Source: Nemertoderma westbladi
Taxonomy: Eukaryota; Animalia; Xenacoelomorpha
Direction of reading: 5' to 3'
Length of the DNA: 64,000 nucleotides
Assembly: GCA_032718475.1 (NCBI GenBank)
Contig: JAUCBJ010008354.1
Coordinates: 125,041-189,040 of the forward strand
In this document: positions 10,435 to 24,537 of the stretch, piece by piece
How positions within the stretch are numbered: position 1 is the stretch's first letter
Layout: each line of letters begins with the position of its first letter
The notes under the pieces: model-generated
Told to the model about the DNA's origin: nothing
What the model saw: the letters and a program-made list of their open reading frames with translations, nothing else
Database searches by the model: none
Program-made: the position numbers and the translations under genes

Positions 10435-12537
10435 TTAGTCTTTCTTACGCGGACGGCGTTTACGCAGTTTCTTGAGGCTAGCAAGAGTCCTTTTCTCTTT
10501 GGGGCGAGCCACTTTACGAGGAGGGCTGTAGCTCCTAGGCGAAGGGTGCAATACAATTGCATCAGAAGGTGTAGGGTTATGATCGGTATACCCGCCGGTC
10601 GAAGTACCTGGTTGATTAATATCAACCTCAGTGGAGTGAGGTCTAACGGCCTTTAGAGCGCGTCTCAGGACAGCAGCTCCTACGGGTCCTTGACGGGTCG
10701 TCTGGACACTAGCGGTGGGTGGACCGTGAGTGGTGAGGAACTTTCTCGGTTTAATGGTTCTCTCCAGCTCGCGTTCTCGGGTTCGATATTCATATGGTCA
10801 CCGAGATACTTCCTGTAGTTCAGGATGCGAGTTCACAAAGATGTCGCCATACTCAGGGTCCTGACGGATAAAATTGATCAGGTGATATGTGGTTATATCA
10901 TTAGGGTTAACGTTTCTAAGGTATTTTCTGACAAACTTGGTGGAAATACACTCACCAACACGCTTCATTAACTCGTAACTTGGTACGCGTGTTTTCTGTT
11001 CAATCGACGCGAATAGATAAGGATGGAACGCGTAAACTCCCTCGTAAGCTCGTCCAGAGTAATAGCGATGTCGGGATTCGCAATGTAAATCCGCGTTCGC
11101 TTCCCAAGCTCGGATGTATCGCAGGGTGATCATCTCGTCTACGCTCTCTAAATCGCGATTAAAGGGACAATTGTAACTTTCATGTCCTTTAAGTTGACAG
11201 TAGTGACATTGAGTCATAAATTGTGGGCAGACGGCAAAAATATGAGAGTTATTAAGCCTGCAATAAGCACAATATATTTCCATCATCGGTTGTTCGAGGA
11301 AATAGGAGCAAGGTACGCTCGAGTCTAGAGAGGTGAAGTGGTCTCTCGATGCGCATAATCGACAACGTTTTCGAGAAACGTAGTTGGCGTGTCGATAATC
11401 GTACGCTGTGAGACGTTGTGGACCTTGATACCACTCTATGACATAATCATTGTCACTGCTCCGGGAAGCTGTAGGCTGAATCGCTTCTGATTCCAAGCAT
11501 ACTGGTTCATCCTCCAGCTGTATAGACGAAGTGGGTGCGTCGGTCTCAGTAAGTGGACCCACTGTCTGTATTTCCACGACAGAATAACCTGTAGGTATTC
11601 GGGGTCTTTGTATAACAGATGAATGTAAGTTCTGTATACAAACGTCTTGAAAAACGGCAAATCCAGCGCTACTCAGTTTCTCCGCAGCTGAGTCTCTCAG
11701 ACTGAGTTTGGTCAGCGCGCGGTCCTTGAACTGACTATCGACGTTACGGAACGGAGTCAGAAAGCGCCGGAAACATTCGAAACGTATGAACTTATTGTGT
11801 TCGTCTAACTTGGCGAGTTTAGTTCCAAGTATTAATGGATGAGCGCGTATGGTACGACTGCACACATCGGCTAGCCAACCAGCAAGTGCTGCGTTTTCAA
11901 AGATCGTGTATATAGCTAAGGACGGGCGAAGTGGAACACTCATAAAGCTATATACGGCACCAGGCGCAGTTAATGGTCCATCAAAATATAAACGAGAGTA
12001 ATGATCTCCATATACTTGCTGGTAATTGATAGGATTTCCAACTTTGAAATTCCATCCATATTCTTGAAAGGCAAGATGTCCGATGGATGTCCGTTGTACC
12101 TTAGTAATGTCGCTGGGTGTATTGGCATACATAGTGCGAAAGAAACCTCGGCCTTCGGCCCAAGGAGCAATCAGCTGAGTATCAACGAAAGGGTATGGAA
12201 TGTTTTCCATATTCCGGAAGTCCTTTTGGAGATCTCCATAAACAGCTGAGCCGATCTTTAGGATTCTTTCGTTAAACAACATTTCGAGCACAGGTTGGGG
12301 TAACATTGATCCATCAATACCCATGGCCGGTTTGCGCTCGGTGTCGGTGACGTAACGCTGCGCGAGCTCGAATTGTCCATGTCGAAGTTTCTTTTGTGTC
12401 TCCGTAAGGGTTTCAAAAGAATAATCAATCACATCGGAACACGCTCGAGTGAATACGTGGGTAGAATCGACAAACGCTTGTAAAGGTAGAGTATATCTCT
12501 CCCTGATACCAAGATCATCTTCTATTAATTCAGTCAT
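10435..12537 (-). pseudogene. Accessory ORF in env position, about 700 codons, Cys/His zinc-knuckle protein with basic tail; one internal TGA at 10798-10800
   Basis: The 579-aa ORF continues in frame after TGA to ...KKLRKRRPRKKD*. Copies 2 and 3 have Arg at this codon. Motifs CRLC, CAYC..H..C, CHYC..GH..C. Confidence 0.75.
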
Positions 12538-14188
12538 ATCTGCTATACGAGTTCACCAATATTATAATGAGTTTATATATTTATTAGGCGAGCAGGCGTC
12601 GCTGCCTACTTCTCCCTTGCCCCCGGACAGTGTGAGATTCTCAGCGCCGATGTACCGCTGTCGCTGTACTTTCGCCAACGACATAGCCGTACAACGACAA
12701 CGATAACCGGCACAAGTCACTCCACTGTCCGTCCCAAAGGCTTAGATGTACTTCAGGTTTTCCTTGGAGAGTTAGGTTACTTTCACGATTGCGACTAGCT
12801 ACTGTAAACACACTTTAGCAGTAACATTCACCTATAAACTCACAAATACCACACAACTGGTCACAACTACGCACATTCGGGCCATTTGTCCGTTAGTCAA
12901 TGCCTTCCAGAATGTCACTGTATTATTATGTATCCTTGGATACTAGCAGTGCGCTATTTATTCCCTATGCTATTCATTGGGACAAGCTTTCTATTGTTCT
13001 TTTAACTCAATTCTAATTCTAGCGTGGTTGTTGCTATGGTGACATTATGTAAAGCTAGCGGTAGAGTTAGGGTAATTCCCATGCATACAGATCTGGGATG
13101 TTATTTAATAGTAATTCTTTAATAGTCAATGTCCTGTTTGATACATGACTTTATGAATTTTATCGGCTATTGACTATGTTTGGGAGACTTTCGCACACTC
13201 ATACGCATAATAAGATAAATCTCCGCTCCCTTGATCTATTAATTAATGGAATTTTGGGAATGTTATAAATTGCGTAAAAATGGCAATTTATTAAATTCAT
13301 TAAAAGGCATGAATTTAAATTTATTCCCTGAAATTTTATTATTTGATAATTAAATGGACATATTTTGATTCTAGAACATGTCTGGGGACACAAGATCCTT
13401 AATTCTATGAAAATTGTCCTTTTAAGAATATCGGTAAATGCTACGATATCTTAATTGACTAGAATTGTTGAAGGATCTGAATTTTACAGATTTTGATTTA
13501 TTGGATTTGCAAATATTAAATAATTAATATTTGAGATGGGCACCGATTTATTCCAGAACTTGTCTGGGGACGTTAACCACTGATTCTAGAATTTGTCTTT
13601 CAAGTATATCGGTGGGTGCCGCGATATCTTAATCGACTAGAATTACAGATGGTCAAAGGGTTTAACAGATTTATTTTGCGTTATACGCTACTGTTAAAGG
13701 GACATCACGCTACTATATGTATTATTTAATATACGGTATGAGAGCAATATCGCACGAAGCAATGTCAGTGTGAAGAGGCAAGTCGTTTCCAAGGTCTACC
13801 CAGAGCTTGGTTTAGCCGAGACACGAGGATCTGAACTTTGCATTCCTAATACTCTGCCTACCAATAATACTTGAATATAGTAGTGGCTTTATTGTACTTT
13901 AATAAGTACGGACATTTCATCTTACGGTAGTTACGTATTTATAATATAATACGGACAGTAAGGAAAGAGAAAAACACTTGTTTCTCACCGTCACACTAAA
14001 TATAATATAAGTAATTACGTACGCAATAAACACGAACATATTGCACTATTCTACTAAATAATCGCTAAATAATATTCTACTAAATTAAATAAAACGATTA
14101 TAATAAAATTACATAGTAATACATACATAAATATAAAAATAATAAAATAATATAAAATAATAGAGTCACACGCCCACTCCGAACGATA

Positions 14189-17100
14189 TTAAGTTGGGGA
14201 GTCCCTAGATGTCGGTTGGATTAGGGAAGTGGTCGTGGGAAGAGTTTCTTGCCTTCCATAGTTTCCGGAGAGCTCTCTGTCTCTTTCCAGTAAACATAAA
14301 CGACCCACTGGGCGGTTGAGCTGTTGAGTCTCAAAGACTATCCCTGGTTTCTTAAAGTTACGCCGCATGACGACGAGCTCTACTGATCGCACCAAACCAT
14401 CGCTCGAGATATGAGTCTCGATGATACGTCCTGTTTGCCATCGCTTACGTGGGAGATCGGGGTCCACAATAAGCACCATGTCTCCAGCGCTGACGTTTTC
14501 TTGCTGCGCAAACCACTTAGTTCGAAGTTGTAGAGTGGGCAGGTAATATTTCTCGAAATGGTCAGCGAAACGACGGGATAGCAACTGCATAAGTTGCCAG
14601 GTTCGACGGCAGTACTCGTCTCCGTCTGTGATCTCCGATCGTGGGAGCATGGCTACGGGTTTCTTCAGTAGAAAGTGCGCGGGTGTTAGCGCTTCCAGGG
14701 AATCAGGACTTGAAGAGACTGGCATAAGCGGTCTTTCGTTGAGATAGGCGGCGATTTCCTCCATTAACGTCCGCAATAGTTCGTCGGTGAGATAAGCGCG
14801 ACAAGGTACAATAAAGTGGAACGCAGTCTTCACGCTCCTAATCAATCTCTCCCAACTTCCTCCCCACCAAGGGGCGTCGGCGGCATTGAAGGTCCAGCTA
14901 GACGCTGTTATCTTTAGCTGATCGTCCACCTGTCTTTTGTTCCAGTCCTTTACGTAAGCTTGAATTTCGTTGTTGGCGCCAATGAAGTTCGTTCCCTTAT
15001 CCGATCTCATCGTGTTACTGGTTCCGAAGCGAGCGATCTGTCGTCGTAAACTCAACACGAAGCTGTTGGTGGATAGATCGTTTACCATATCGAGATGGAT
15101 AGCTCTACAAGTCATACAAACGAAGATGACACACCATCTCTTGACTATAGTCCGGGCACGATATACTTCAATAGGGCCAAATAAATCCACACCGGTATTA
15201 GTAAAGGGTGGTTCATAGAAGCTTACTCTTTCCCTAGGTAATTCTGCCTCTCGCTGTGTCAAAGGCCTACTGAATGCTTTCCTACAGGGTATGCAGTTCC
15301 TAAGGACTTGGTTCAGAGCCCTACGGGGTTTATAAAAATAGTAGCGAGTTCGAATTTCGCTCAGAACTCGTTCTCTTCCAGCATGATACAGTTTGCTATG
15401 AACATCTACAATCATCTTGATTTGTATGTCAAGATTTCTAATGAGTATGGGAAACTTAGTGTCAAAGGATAATGGGGCGTTGGTAAGCCTGCCTCCAACA
15501 CGTATTAACCCATCTATCATGGTACTAGAGAAGCGATCCCTTAAGCGCATCTGCGGATTTCTTAACAACAGGAAATACTTATCGGGATCCTCATAGCATT
15601 GTAGGAGTCTCAGCATCTGTTTGTTGGTTTCATCATGCTCCTGGTAACTGATCTTCTCCTTTAGAAACCTGTCGGATATCTTGTATTTGGGAAGATCTTT
15701 AACAACATGGACTCGTGCAGATGTTGATGGAGCATCATCACTATTGGTCTTTGTCCCGGAGTAACGATGATGAAAACATCGTTTTAAATAGGTGACGGCT
15801 TTACAGAGCCGATTCCAGGAACTGTAATGACGTATCACTCTCTGCAGGAGAGGTGAGAGTCCTTGCGAAATATCTGGTATTCCAGATTTCCAATCCTTGT
15901 CACGGATTTCTAAGACTTCTTTATCTGTGGCGGTGGGTTTCTGATCCAAAGCATCCTCTCCGGAAGTAAATAATACAGATAGATCAACCGCAGGTTTAAA
16001 CAACTTCGATTTACTCGCTCGAGTTTTGGGTTTAACTTTCTCCGCTCCCTTGGCCTGTCTGATCTCTGCTGTTGTGAGATGGGGAGGCCATTCTTCTTCT
16101 TCTCTGTAGAGAAAGTCGGGTCCACCTAACCATTCGGGAGTATTTACCAATTCCTTTGGAGTCGCTCCTCGGGAAGCGATGTCTGCTGGATTAATCGTTC
16201 CGGGGCAATGTCTCCATTGATCCATCGTCGTGCGACTAAGTATGATGGCTACTCTGTTGGTAATGAAGACGCTGAACTGACAGACTTCATTGGTTATATA
16301 CTCTAACACGAGTAAAGCGTCAGTCCAATAGACAGTTTTATCTAATGGATAGTCAATCTGTTCTGTTACATTCCGGCCGATGGCTGTAGCGTATAGAGCC
16401 GCTTTTAACTCCGCTCGAGGAACTTTCAACTTGTTGTTGATTAATGCCTTAGAAGTAACCAAGGCGACTTTGATTCCATCCGGAGTTTCCACTCTTAGAT
16501 AGGCTACTATACCTATTCCCATATCGCTGGCGTCTCCAAACACATGGAGTTGATAGGAATACATAGGGAGAACATGACCAAAATATGAACGGGAAATTAT
16601 AAAATCCTCGATAGCCGGCAGAGAATCTTCCCATTTCATCCACTTCTTTAATAATTCTCCCTTAAGTGGATCGTCCCATGAGTGGTTTTCAAGCCACATT
16701 TGTTGTACCAAACTACGAGCAATCAATATAACTGGGCTAATAAATCCCAATGGATCGAAATAAGTGCTCAGTATACTTAAGCAAATCCGTTTGGTTCGAA
16801 CTGGATTATCTCGCTGTTTTAGCTGGAAAAACAGGATATCTCGCTCTGTGTCCCACTTTAAGCCGAGTGTCTTGGTTTCTGGCAGATCATCTTTGATCAA
16901 ATCTAGATCTTTCGCCCCTCGATCTTCCGCAGGGATCGACTCCAGAAACTCACGGGAGTTGCTGGTGAATTTCGTTAATCGAAACCCACCTCTTTTTAAG
17001 CACTCTACCGTTCCTTTAGCGACCTCAATGGCTTCCTCAACTGATGGGAGGGACTTCAGATTATCGTCCATATATATGTCTCGCTTGATGTTGTCGATCA

Positions 17101-20100
17101 CTTCCTTAGAGAATGCCTCTCGGTTGTCCTCTGCAGTGGTACGCACTACCGAACAGGTGTTGGAAGGGCTTGAGATTATCCCAAAGGCCTGGATGGTCAT
17201 CCAGTACTCCACCGGTTTCTGGTTGAGGTCTCCTTCGGGCCACCACAGAAATCGTAGACTATCTCGATCCCTATCTAACACCTTGACTTGTAAGAACATG
17301 CCTTCTATATCGGAGGCGAAAGCAATCGAATATTGTCTCAATCTTAAAAGAATTCCCAACAAAGATTGAAGTAAGTTGGGTCCGGGTAACAATTCAGAGT
17401 TAAGGGATTGACCCATGTAAAGAGCGGAGCCATCAAACACTACTCTCACTTCATGTGGTTTACCGGGTTTAGGAACGTAATGGTGAGTTAAGTAATACGT
17501 TCTTTCAGTCACAGGTGTTTCTTCCGGTACTCTCTCCGCGTATCCCTTACTAATAAATTTCTCCAGCTATGTTTGATACATTTCTTTAGCTGAAGAATTA
17601 GCCGTAAGGCGTCGATGGAGTTGCGCGATTCTTTTTTCCGCCAAGGGTCTGTTATTGATGAACTTCGGTTCTCTCTTGCGGAAAGGTAGACCGACTTCAT
17701 ACCTACCTTGATCTTTGAGGAAACGCGTAGTTGTTTCTTGGATCTGCTTGGCCCTTTCCTCTTCCACCGATAAGGCTTTATCGTAGGAATTGGGCTCTAC
17801 CGCCTCTTGCGTAAAGAATCATACGGCATGTTCATCTCGAGTCTTGGCATTGCAACGCTCAATGACGTCATTTAACTCGTCGTTATAAGCTTCTCGTTCA
17901 GATGGATAAAGAAGTTGACATAAGTTCACTTGGTTTTGCCAAGCCTCGTTTTCCTTAAGGAGATCGATGGTATTCTCCTCATCAAAAAGCTGGTGAACGT
18001 CGTCGTTATCTGAGGAGTATGGAGTTCCCTCAGTTAAATCGTCTCCCTCACTAGTATCATCTTCCCATTCACTCACCTGGCAGACGCGCTCTTGCGGTAG
18101 TCTTTCTCTGAGTGTTCTACGGGAAGGGCCAGTAAAGTACCAACCTACTCTAGTTCTTACCGCATAGGTCTGTAGTGGCTGCGGTTGAGCAGGCCGTTTC
18201 TCTAATGTCTCCAGCGCCTCATGCGCGTTTTGGCCGATGAGTATTTGCACTCCAGGATAATCAGTCTGGAATCGAGGTATGTTAAGATGTTGGATGCTCT
18301 CATCCTCGTCCCAATTATAAAGGTCTGCTTGAGTAGTAGCGAAGTTCTTTATAGCCACCATTTTCACTGACCTTATGCTATGTTCTCCTAGTTCGTCCTG
18401 GGGGGTGGACAACACGCCTACATAATAATCCGCTGTTACTGTAGATTTCCAAACTTGCATAATGCCGGACATGTTTAGCTTAGTTCGGAACTTGGGTTGT
18501 CCAGCAAATATGTCTTCGGCTAGCTCTTTGTCGATGAATGTTCCTGTACTACCGGAGTCAAGGAGGGCGTTCACTACATAACTCCGTTTAGGTCCGTGAA
18601 CCCTTACCTGCACCACAGGAAACTCTCGGATCCCTACATTGGAAGATGGCTCTTTCCAAGATGGTTGTCGATCAGGAGTAGTTAGAGTGAGGTCGCTGTC
18701 TGTATCTTTTTCATATGTGAGTGCTCGATACACTGCGGTATTTATCATGTAACAGGATTCGTTTTCGTCGGAGAACTCGTCCGTATAGAATCCTTCCATC
18801 TCAGATTGATCAGTGTCGTTCACATCACTGAATTGGACATGTAGTTCGGAATCACTTACCTGATTCGGACTATTTCGCTCGAATTCAGCGTGCAACAAGA
18901 TATGATGTTTCGCACCACACTTTGCACACCTTATGTCAGAGTAACAGGTTCGCCGTTGGTGTCCTTGTCTGAGGCAATTATAACATAACCGCTTATCCCA
19001 CATGACTTCTCGTCTCTCCGTTAATGATTTCTTCAGGAATTCATCACACATATTCAAACGGTGGGTCCCGTCACATAGCGCACATTTCGGTTTGATGTTA
19101 CTTACCTTATTTTGGGTAACATTGTGCACTCTCGTTCTTTCTTCGGGCTTTCTCACCTGAATTCTCTTGGGAGACGTAGGAGGAGTTTTTCTTACCTGTT
19201 CTCTCTTGTCATTGGATCGAGACTTAAATTTACTTCCCTGTTCGTTAGGTGTTTTATTGACATAATAAGATCTTTCAGTGTCTTTCCCGCTATCCTCCCC
19301 TTGGGAAGCTTGGCTTTCGCCGTCGTCGGTATAACACACTGGTGTTACCTTTCTTCTGGAGACGGGTTTCTCACTTACCTTGTTCTCCGATGTCTTCTCT
19401 CTGGACTGCTTTATGAGCTGTAATTTCACTTCGCCATCCAAGAATGTCATGAGATCAGTCATGGTAGGGTCTCGTTGTTGTTGTTCCATCATGTATAACA
19501 CTTTCTTGTCCCAGCGTGTACCTACTCCACCCTTCGGTAAAGTAGAAGCCACTGCTCTAATAACCATAGCACTCTGATACTCATGAGACTTACCTAGCCA
19601 ATCTAATTGTCTGCAGATCTCCTGAATTTCATTGGAAAACTCTATAATCCCGTTGCTAATAAACTTTCGGGGCGCTACCAACTTTGCATACAAATACCCA
19701 GCTATGTTATTCCTATTACCATATGTTTAGTGTATCCCAAACTTGTCTTAATCCGTCTGGATGTCCAATAAACTTTAACGCCATTAACTTGGGAGATCCT
19801 TCCAAGCACTCTATGAGGAATCTAAGTTTCTCTCCATTAGATAGTACAGAGTTCTGTATGTTATCTTTGTAATATTCATTAAAAGGTAACCATTTCATCT
19901 CATCTCCATTGAACTTGACGATCTCTCCCACCTTTACCGCTTGCCGGGCTTCGGTTCTAGCCATTTGACGCGTAAAACTTTCTTGGGCCATCGTGTTATT
20001 TAATATCGAATTATCGGTATATAAATTTCTCGGATTATGATCAGGTCTATAGGGAATGTCATTATCAACAGGTCTATAATTACCCTTAATAGGGTTCACT

Positions 20101-22304
20101 ATAGGAGTTTCTACTTCGCTAGCAGTGTATATGCGTGTAGGCTCCACACCTTGCGCATGAGATACTTCAGGCCTAACAGGTTGACACATTGTTACCGAGG
20201 GTGGTGGTATACCCTTTTGTGTATTTACTAATTTATCGCGTTCGAGCGCGATACTTTGCTGCACTTCTTGCAACTCTAGTCTACTTTCCCTTACTGTGCC
20301 CTTGAATTGCTGAACAGTCTCCTGCATCTGCCCGAGCAGGAGATCCATCCCCCGCCGTCTCTCGTCCACCCATTCGACCGCAGAAGCGGGAGTCGCCAAC
20401 GTTGTAGCGGGCGGACGAGGGACAACGGGTGACAAATCATGAATATTTCGCTCGGGGTCCAGGACCTGAACTGTCTCCTGGGCAGTTCTACTGGGCACAG
20501 GTAGCTTAGTGCTGTGCAGAGGGAATTTAGAGGTAGCTTCAGGGAGCACAGGTGTGTCTATCACCGAAGGGGTGATTTCAAGAACAGGCCTAATTATTTC
20601 AGGCTCATCTACTATAGTAGGGAGTCTTTCTATTTTAATTATTTGGTCTGTGGGTTCTGTACTACCTAAGTTGGTGCTATTTAGTTGCCTTCTAACAGCT
20701 GGAGGCAAATCAGGCAATTTCTGACGGTAGAATGTTCTTTTACGTCTGCTTAGACGAGATCTATTTCCTTTGCCTTCAGTATCGGTGGTATCGCCTTCCT
20801 CAGATGATGTATATCCCTGTCTTTTGGGAGTAGATCGATTCATCATCTGCATATTACTAGCTGTTAACTGTTTATTTATGCAGTCTTGATTCTCCTGAAT
20901 GTTTTCCAATTCTAATTGGGTGATTTCTTCCGCCGCTCTACGTTCTGCTTCTGCCACTGCCATTTCTGCTTTTCTTTTCATTTCGGCTGCTTTTCTTTTC
21001 GCTTCTGCCTCTGCCGCTGTCGCTGCCGCTTTTCTTTCCATTTCGGCTGCTTTTCTTTCCATTTCGGCTGCTTTACTTTCCTCTTCGGCTGCTTTCCTTT
21101 CCGCTTCGGCAGCTGCTACTGCTGCTTTCTTTCTGTCTTCTATACGTTTTTTCTTTACTTGCTCTTCTTGGACTCGTGTGATGCGGAGTTGTTCATCAAA
21201 TTTAGCCTGATTCGCAGCCCTCATTTCCACATCGATGGCATCCAACACGCGCTGAGTTCCTTCACTATTAGGGCTAAGTCCATCTAACCTTCTCCTCAAC
21301 TCGTCATCACCTAAAAAACGTTGATAGTCTGACAGATAGATGTCAATGGCATCCCTCTTATGCGGCTTCTCTGCCGTCGCTTCACTTTCCACTTGGGAAA
21401 AAGTAGCGTCTGTTGATTCTCCATGGGATGAGCGCTCCTCCAGCTGAGCTTTCCACTGAGCTGTTCCTTGAACCTGGAGACTCACCCGTTGAAACCAAGT
21501 CTTTACGGCAACTTGCAACGACGTGTCTTGTCTTCGTTTAGAAGCCTCCTCAAAGGCCGATAATATTAGCCTGATTCGTAGAATTCTTTCTCTAACTTGA
21601 TAAAGCAGTTGTCCCTGCTCTTGAGGTCCTTGTGGTTGTTGAAACAGTTGTCCTTTTACTCGCTCCATAGAGCTGAAAAATCCCTGTGCGTATCCGGCTG
21701 CGGACCTCTTCCACACAGCTGGATCTATGGTTTCCTTGGCTACTCCCATCCGGTGTATGTCTTCCCAGGCAGCTTCTGATAAATCAAACGGGAGTCCGGG
21801 TCCGGGGAAGTTCCATTGCGACTCGACAATAGACTTCAGTTCTTCCCTCGTGTATCCCGCATAACTATCTTTAGTTGATCGCTGACTTCTCGCCCAATCG
21901 ATCTGGTGTTCTTCCACTGCAATCAATAACCTAGTGAGTACGGCTGCAGGAAGGATGTGAAGGGGATCCGAATAAACCGCATCCTTCATCTTTGCTCCGC
22001 GCTCGGGTGTCAGCTCTACAGTATCCTCACTACTGGAGCGGTTGGGCCATTGAGAAATAAGTTCTTGGCTCGCGGGTTGTTGCTGTTCTGCTGCTTCTTG
22101 GTCCCGCTTGACCTGAGCTCGAGTGCCTATGATAGACCTACGATGTTGGACCAGCCTAGGTTCTGTTATTACTACTGGAGGGATGACCTTCCTCACAGTA
22201 GGAGGTGAACTGAACTTAGGTCTAGACGGTTCTACACCTCTATCTGAGTCACAGATAGTTACATCTAATAAACTGTCTGACAGGTTCTGCTTAGTATCAG
22301 ACAT
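14189..22304 (-). pseudogene. BEL/Pao gag-pol polyprotein with one 5-bp deletion and two in-frame stops
   Basis: KFNGDEMKW..F gag core; BEL knuckles CALC..H..C, CYNC..GH..C, CAKC..HH..LH; protease ALLDSGS; RT RVVFDGS, DIEGMFLQ, YMDD; RNase H FGDAS, PRAEL, WTD, NPAD; integrase HAG..CIPC, VDLFGP, SDKGTNF, WGGSWERL. Lesions near 19722, 17819 and 17567. Confidence 0.95.
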
Positions 22305-23639
22305 GTTTATGGGTACAGTTGAATGCCTACTGCTATATTACAGTCTAAGCAAGTCTAGTAATTCAGTATTAACTGCTAGCCTAGTAATTAATTACCGATA
22401 CTGCTACTCAGTGTAGCGTGATATATATAATATATTAGATTACCGGTATGCTTATAGTATATATAAGTATTATTACAGACTAGGTTTATCACAGAATACC
22501 GGTATAATTTTAGCACAGATATATATAAATATATAATAGGCCTATCGGGAATACCGGTATACAGCTTACAGTTTGTAGTATATATAATTCTGGACTAGAA
22601 TTAATTACAAGTACCGGTATAATTTCAGCCTAAATTTATAGAAATAAAGATAATAGGCCTATCGTAAATACCGGTATATCAATTATTTTAAATAATTGAA
22701 TTTCTGAATTTTAGGGTTACTTGGTTACTTTACTTACTTTATTACCGTTATTTGAGCAGTAATCCAACTGATATTGAGACCTAATGGTTGTATGGTAGCT
22801 ATGCCTGCTACCATATGCATGCTGGTAGCCTGCTATTTATAAATCGTTAGATTTGATTTATAATATATATATACCCGTTTTAATGGGTTTTGTCAATGTT
22901 TGAAATAAATGTTATTATTTCTGGGGAGTAATCACTACACAAAGCGGTGCGCTTTCAGTGAAGTGTTACTTATAGGACACTAAAACAAATAATTCTAATT
23001 TACCTAAGTTACTTAATACTACAAATTACGTACAATTCGGGTGAGATTACAATCTCTAAATAAACACAAAAATTTACAAAAACACAAAATACGAATTTTC
23101 AGGGTAATTTTACAAGAAGTCTACAAACCAGCCTAACAAAGGGTTAGAAATCTGGTTATTACAACTACTGCGGTATTTGAAAATAATACGTAGTAGTAAA
23201 TACACTGCGTTGTCCAGATAGGAAAATACCACCGCCTGACGACCTATAGCCATATCGCTATAGGTACTACGTTATGTATCACGGAGTGTTCCTACCTAGA
23301 AGTTAATAGAGCTAATCGAACGTGCCTATCAACCACTTTACAACACAAATATAATGCCTACACTAATTACTTTCGGAAAGCACTGTACACTAAACCCTAA
23401 ATTAGGTACGAGTACTTGTACAACATATAATCAGTAGTTAAATATACTTGAACAGCTAAAAGAACCACGGCATCTGCTGGAGTGACCAGTGCACAAAATC
23501 ACCAGTCTTTACCTACGCCAAGCAGCCCGTGTAGTACCGGGGTTAATTTAACTATAGCGGTATGTATAACAAACACAATTATTGTAGGAACAAACTTGGG
23601 GAATGAATGTTGCGAATAATAGCATAAACTCTGAATAAT

Positions 23640-24215
23640 AAATATTACGCTACGCGTACAAACCACTCAAACAAAATGCAGACCAAATACTGACAGACTA
23701 CTATCAAGCCTAAATAAACTACAGGACATGCAGACTCCGAAATGGTTAGGTAGTATGCGTTCTAACCCAGTAGTACGACTTATTCTTTAGATGGGGGTTT
23801 ACCTTACAGCTTTGGCTGCCCCTACTTCCTAACCGTTCTTTATCGGACAGAGGCTCTACACACACTGCAATCCGTTCAGACCTAATAACAGCCAGACAAC
23901 TATCCAGCCTACAAATTATCTAAATAAATATTATACGCTACCTGTACAGACTACACAAACAAAGCACAGACTAAACGATGGCAGACTACTCTCAAGCCTA
24001 AATAAACTACAGGACATGCAGACTCCGAAATGGTTAGGTAGTATGCGTTCTAACCCAGTAGTACGACTTATTCTTTAGATGGGGGTTTACCTTACAGCTT
24101 TGGCTGCCCCTACTTCCTAACCGTTCTTTATCGGACAGGTGATCTACACACACTGCAATCCGTTCAGACTTAACAGCAATCAGACAACAGCCCAGCCTAC
24201 AAATTGTCTGTACAA
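23640..24215. repeat. About 288-bp tandem duplication in the 5' leader; equivalent duplications in the other four copies
   Basis: CAAGCCTAAATAAACTACAGG starts at 23705 and 23993. Confidence 0.85.
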
Positions 24216-24525
24216 TATGATCAGGCTTACACGCCTTCTGTTCAATACTGGCCTACAAATAAATAAAACTGACAGAAATAAGTAAGCTCCAAAAGAAACA
24301 AGGGGTGTACAGTCCCTAATCTCTTAAACAGCCTACCGGTATGCAATAATCAAAATCGAATAATACTAATGTACTTATACTAGAAGTACCGGTTAGGACA
24401 GTTGGGCCTACAGACCTACTGAAGTACCGATTCTGGCAGTTGGACCTACGGGCCTACAGCAGTACCGTTCAGGTTTACCGGTTGACCGGTACTTTCAACT
24501 TTATTGCTTACTGCAATAAAGAAGC

Positions 24526-24537
24526 TATATCCATTAT
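24526..24537 (-). promoter_or_regulatory. PBS-position sequence of copy 1 (ATAATGGATATA), complementary to its own LTR site 25299-25310
   Basis: Abuts the LTR-terminal CA; pairs with element-strand TATATCCGTTAT with one G:U. Confidence 0.7.

Noticed and set aside
10798-12537. env gene
   Set aside because: No signal peptide or transmembrane segment seen; it has zinc knuckles and a basic tail.
17567-17821. Programmed gag-pol readthrough
   Set aside because: Two separate stops, both explicable as C>T; BEL/Pao normally has one ORF.
16764-21287. Antisense ORFs over gag-pol
   Set aside because: Shadow frames of the coding strand and the Ala-rich repeat.
24520-24533. TGGATATAGC four nt after the copy 1 LTR as a tRNA PBS
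   Set aside because: The TGG is CGG in copy 4, AGG in copy 5 and absent in copies 2 and 3, while LTR complementarity is kept. A tRNA search is still needed.
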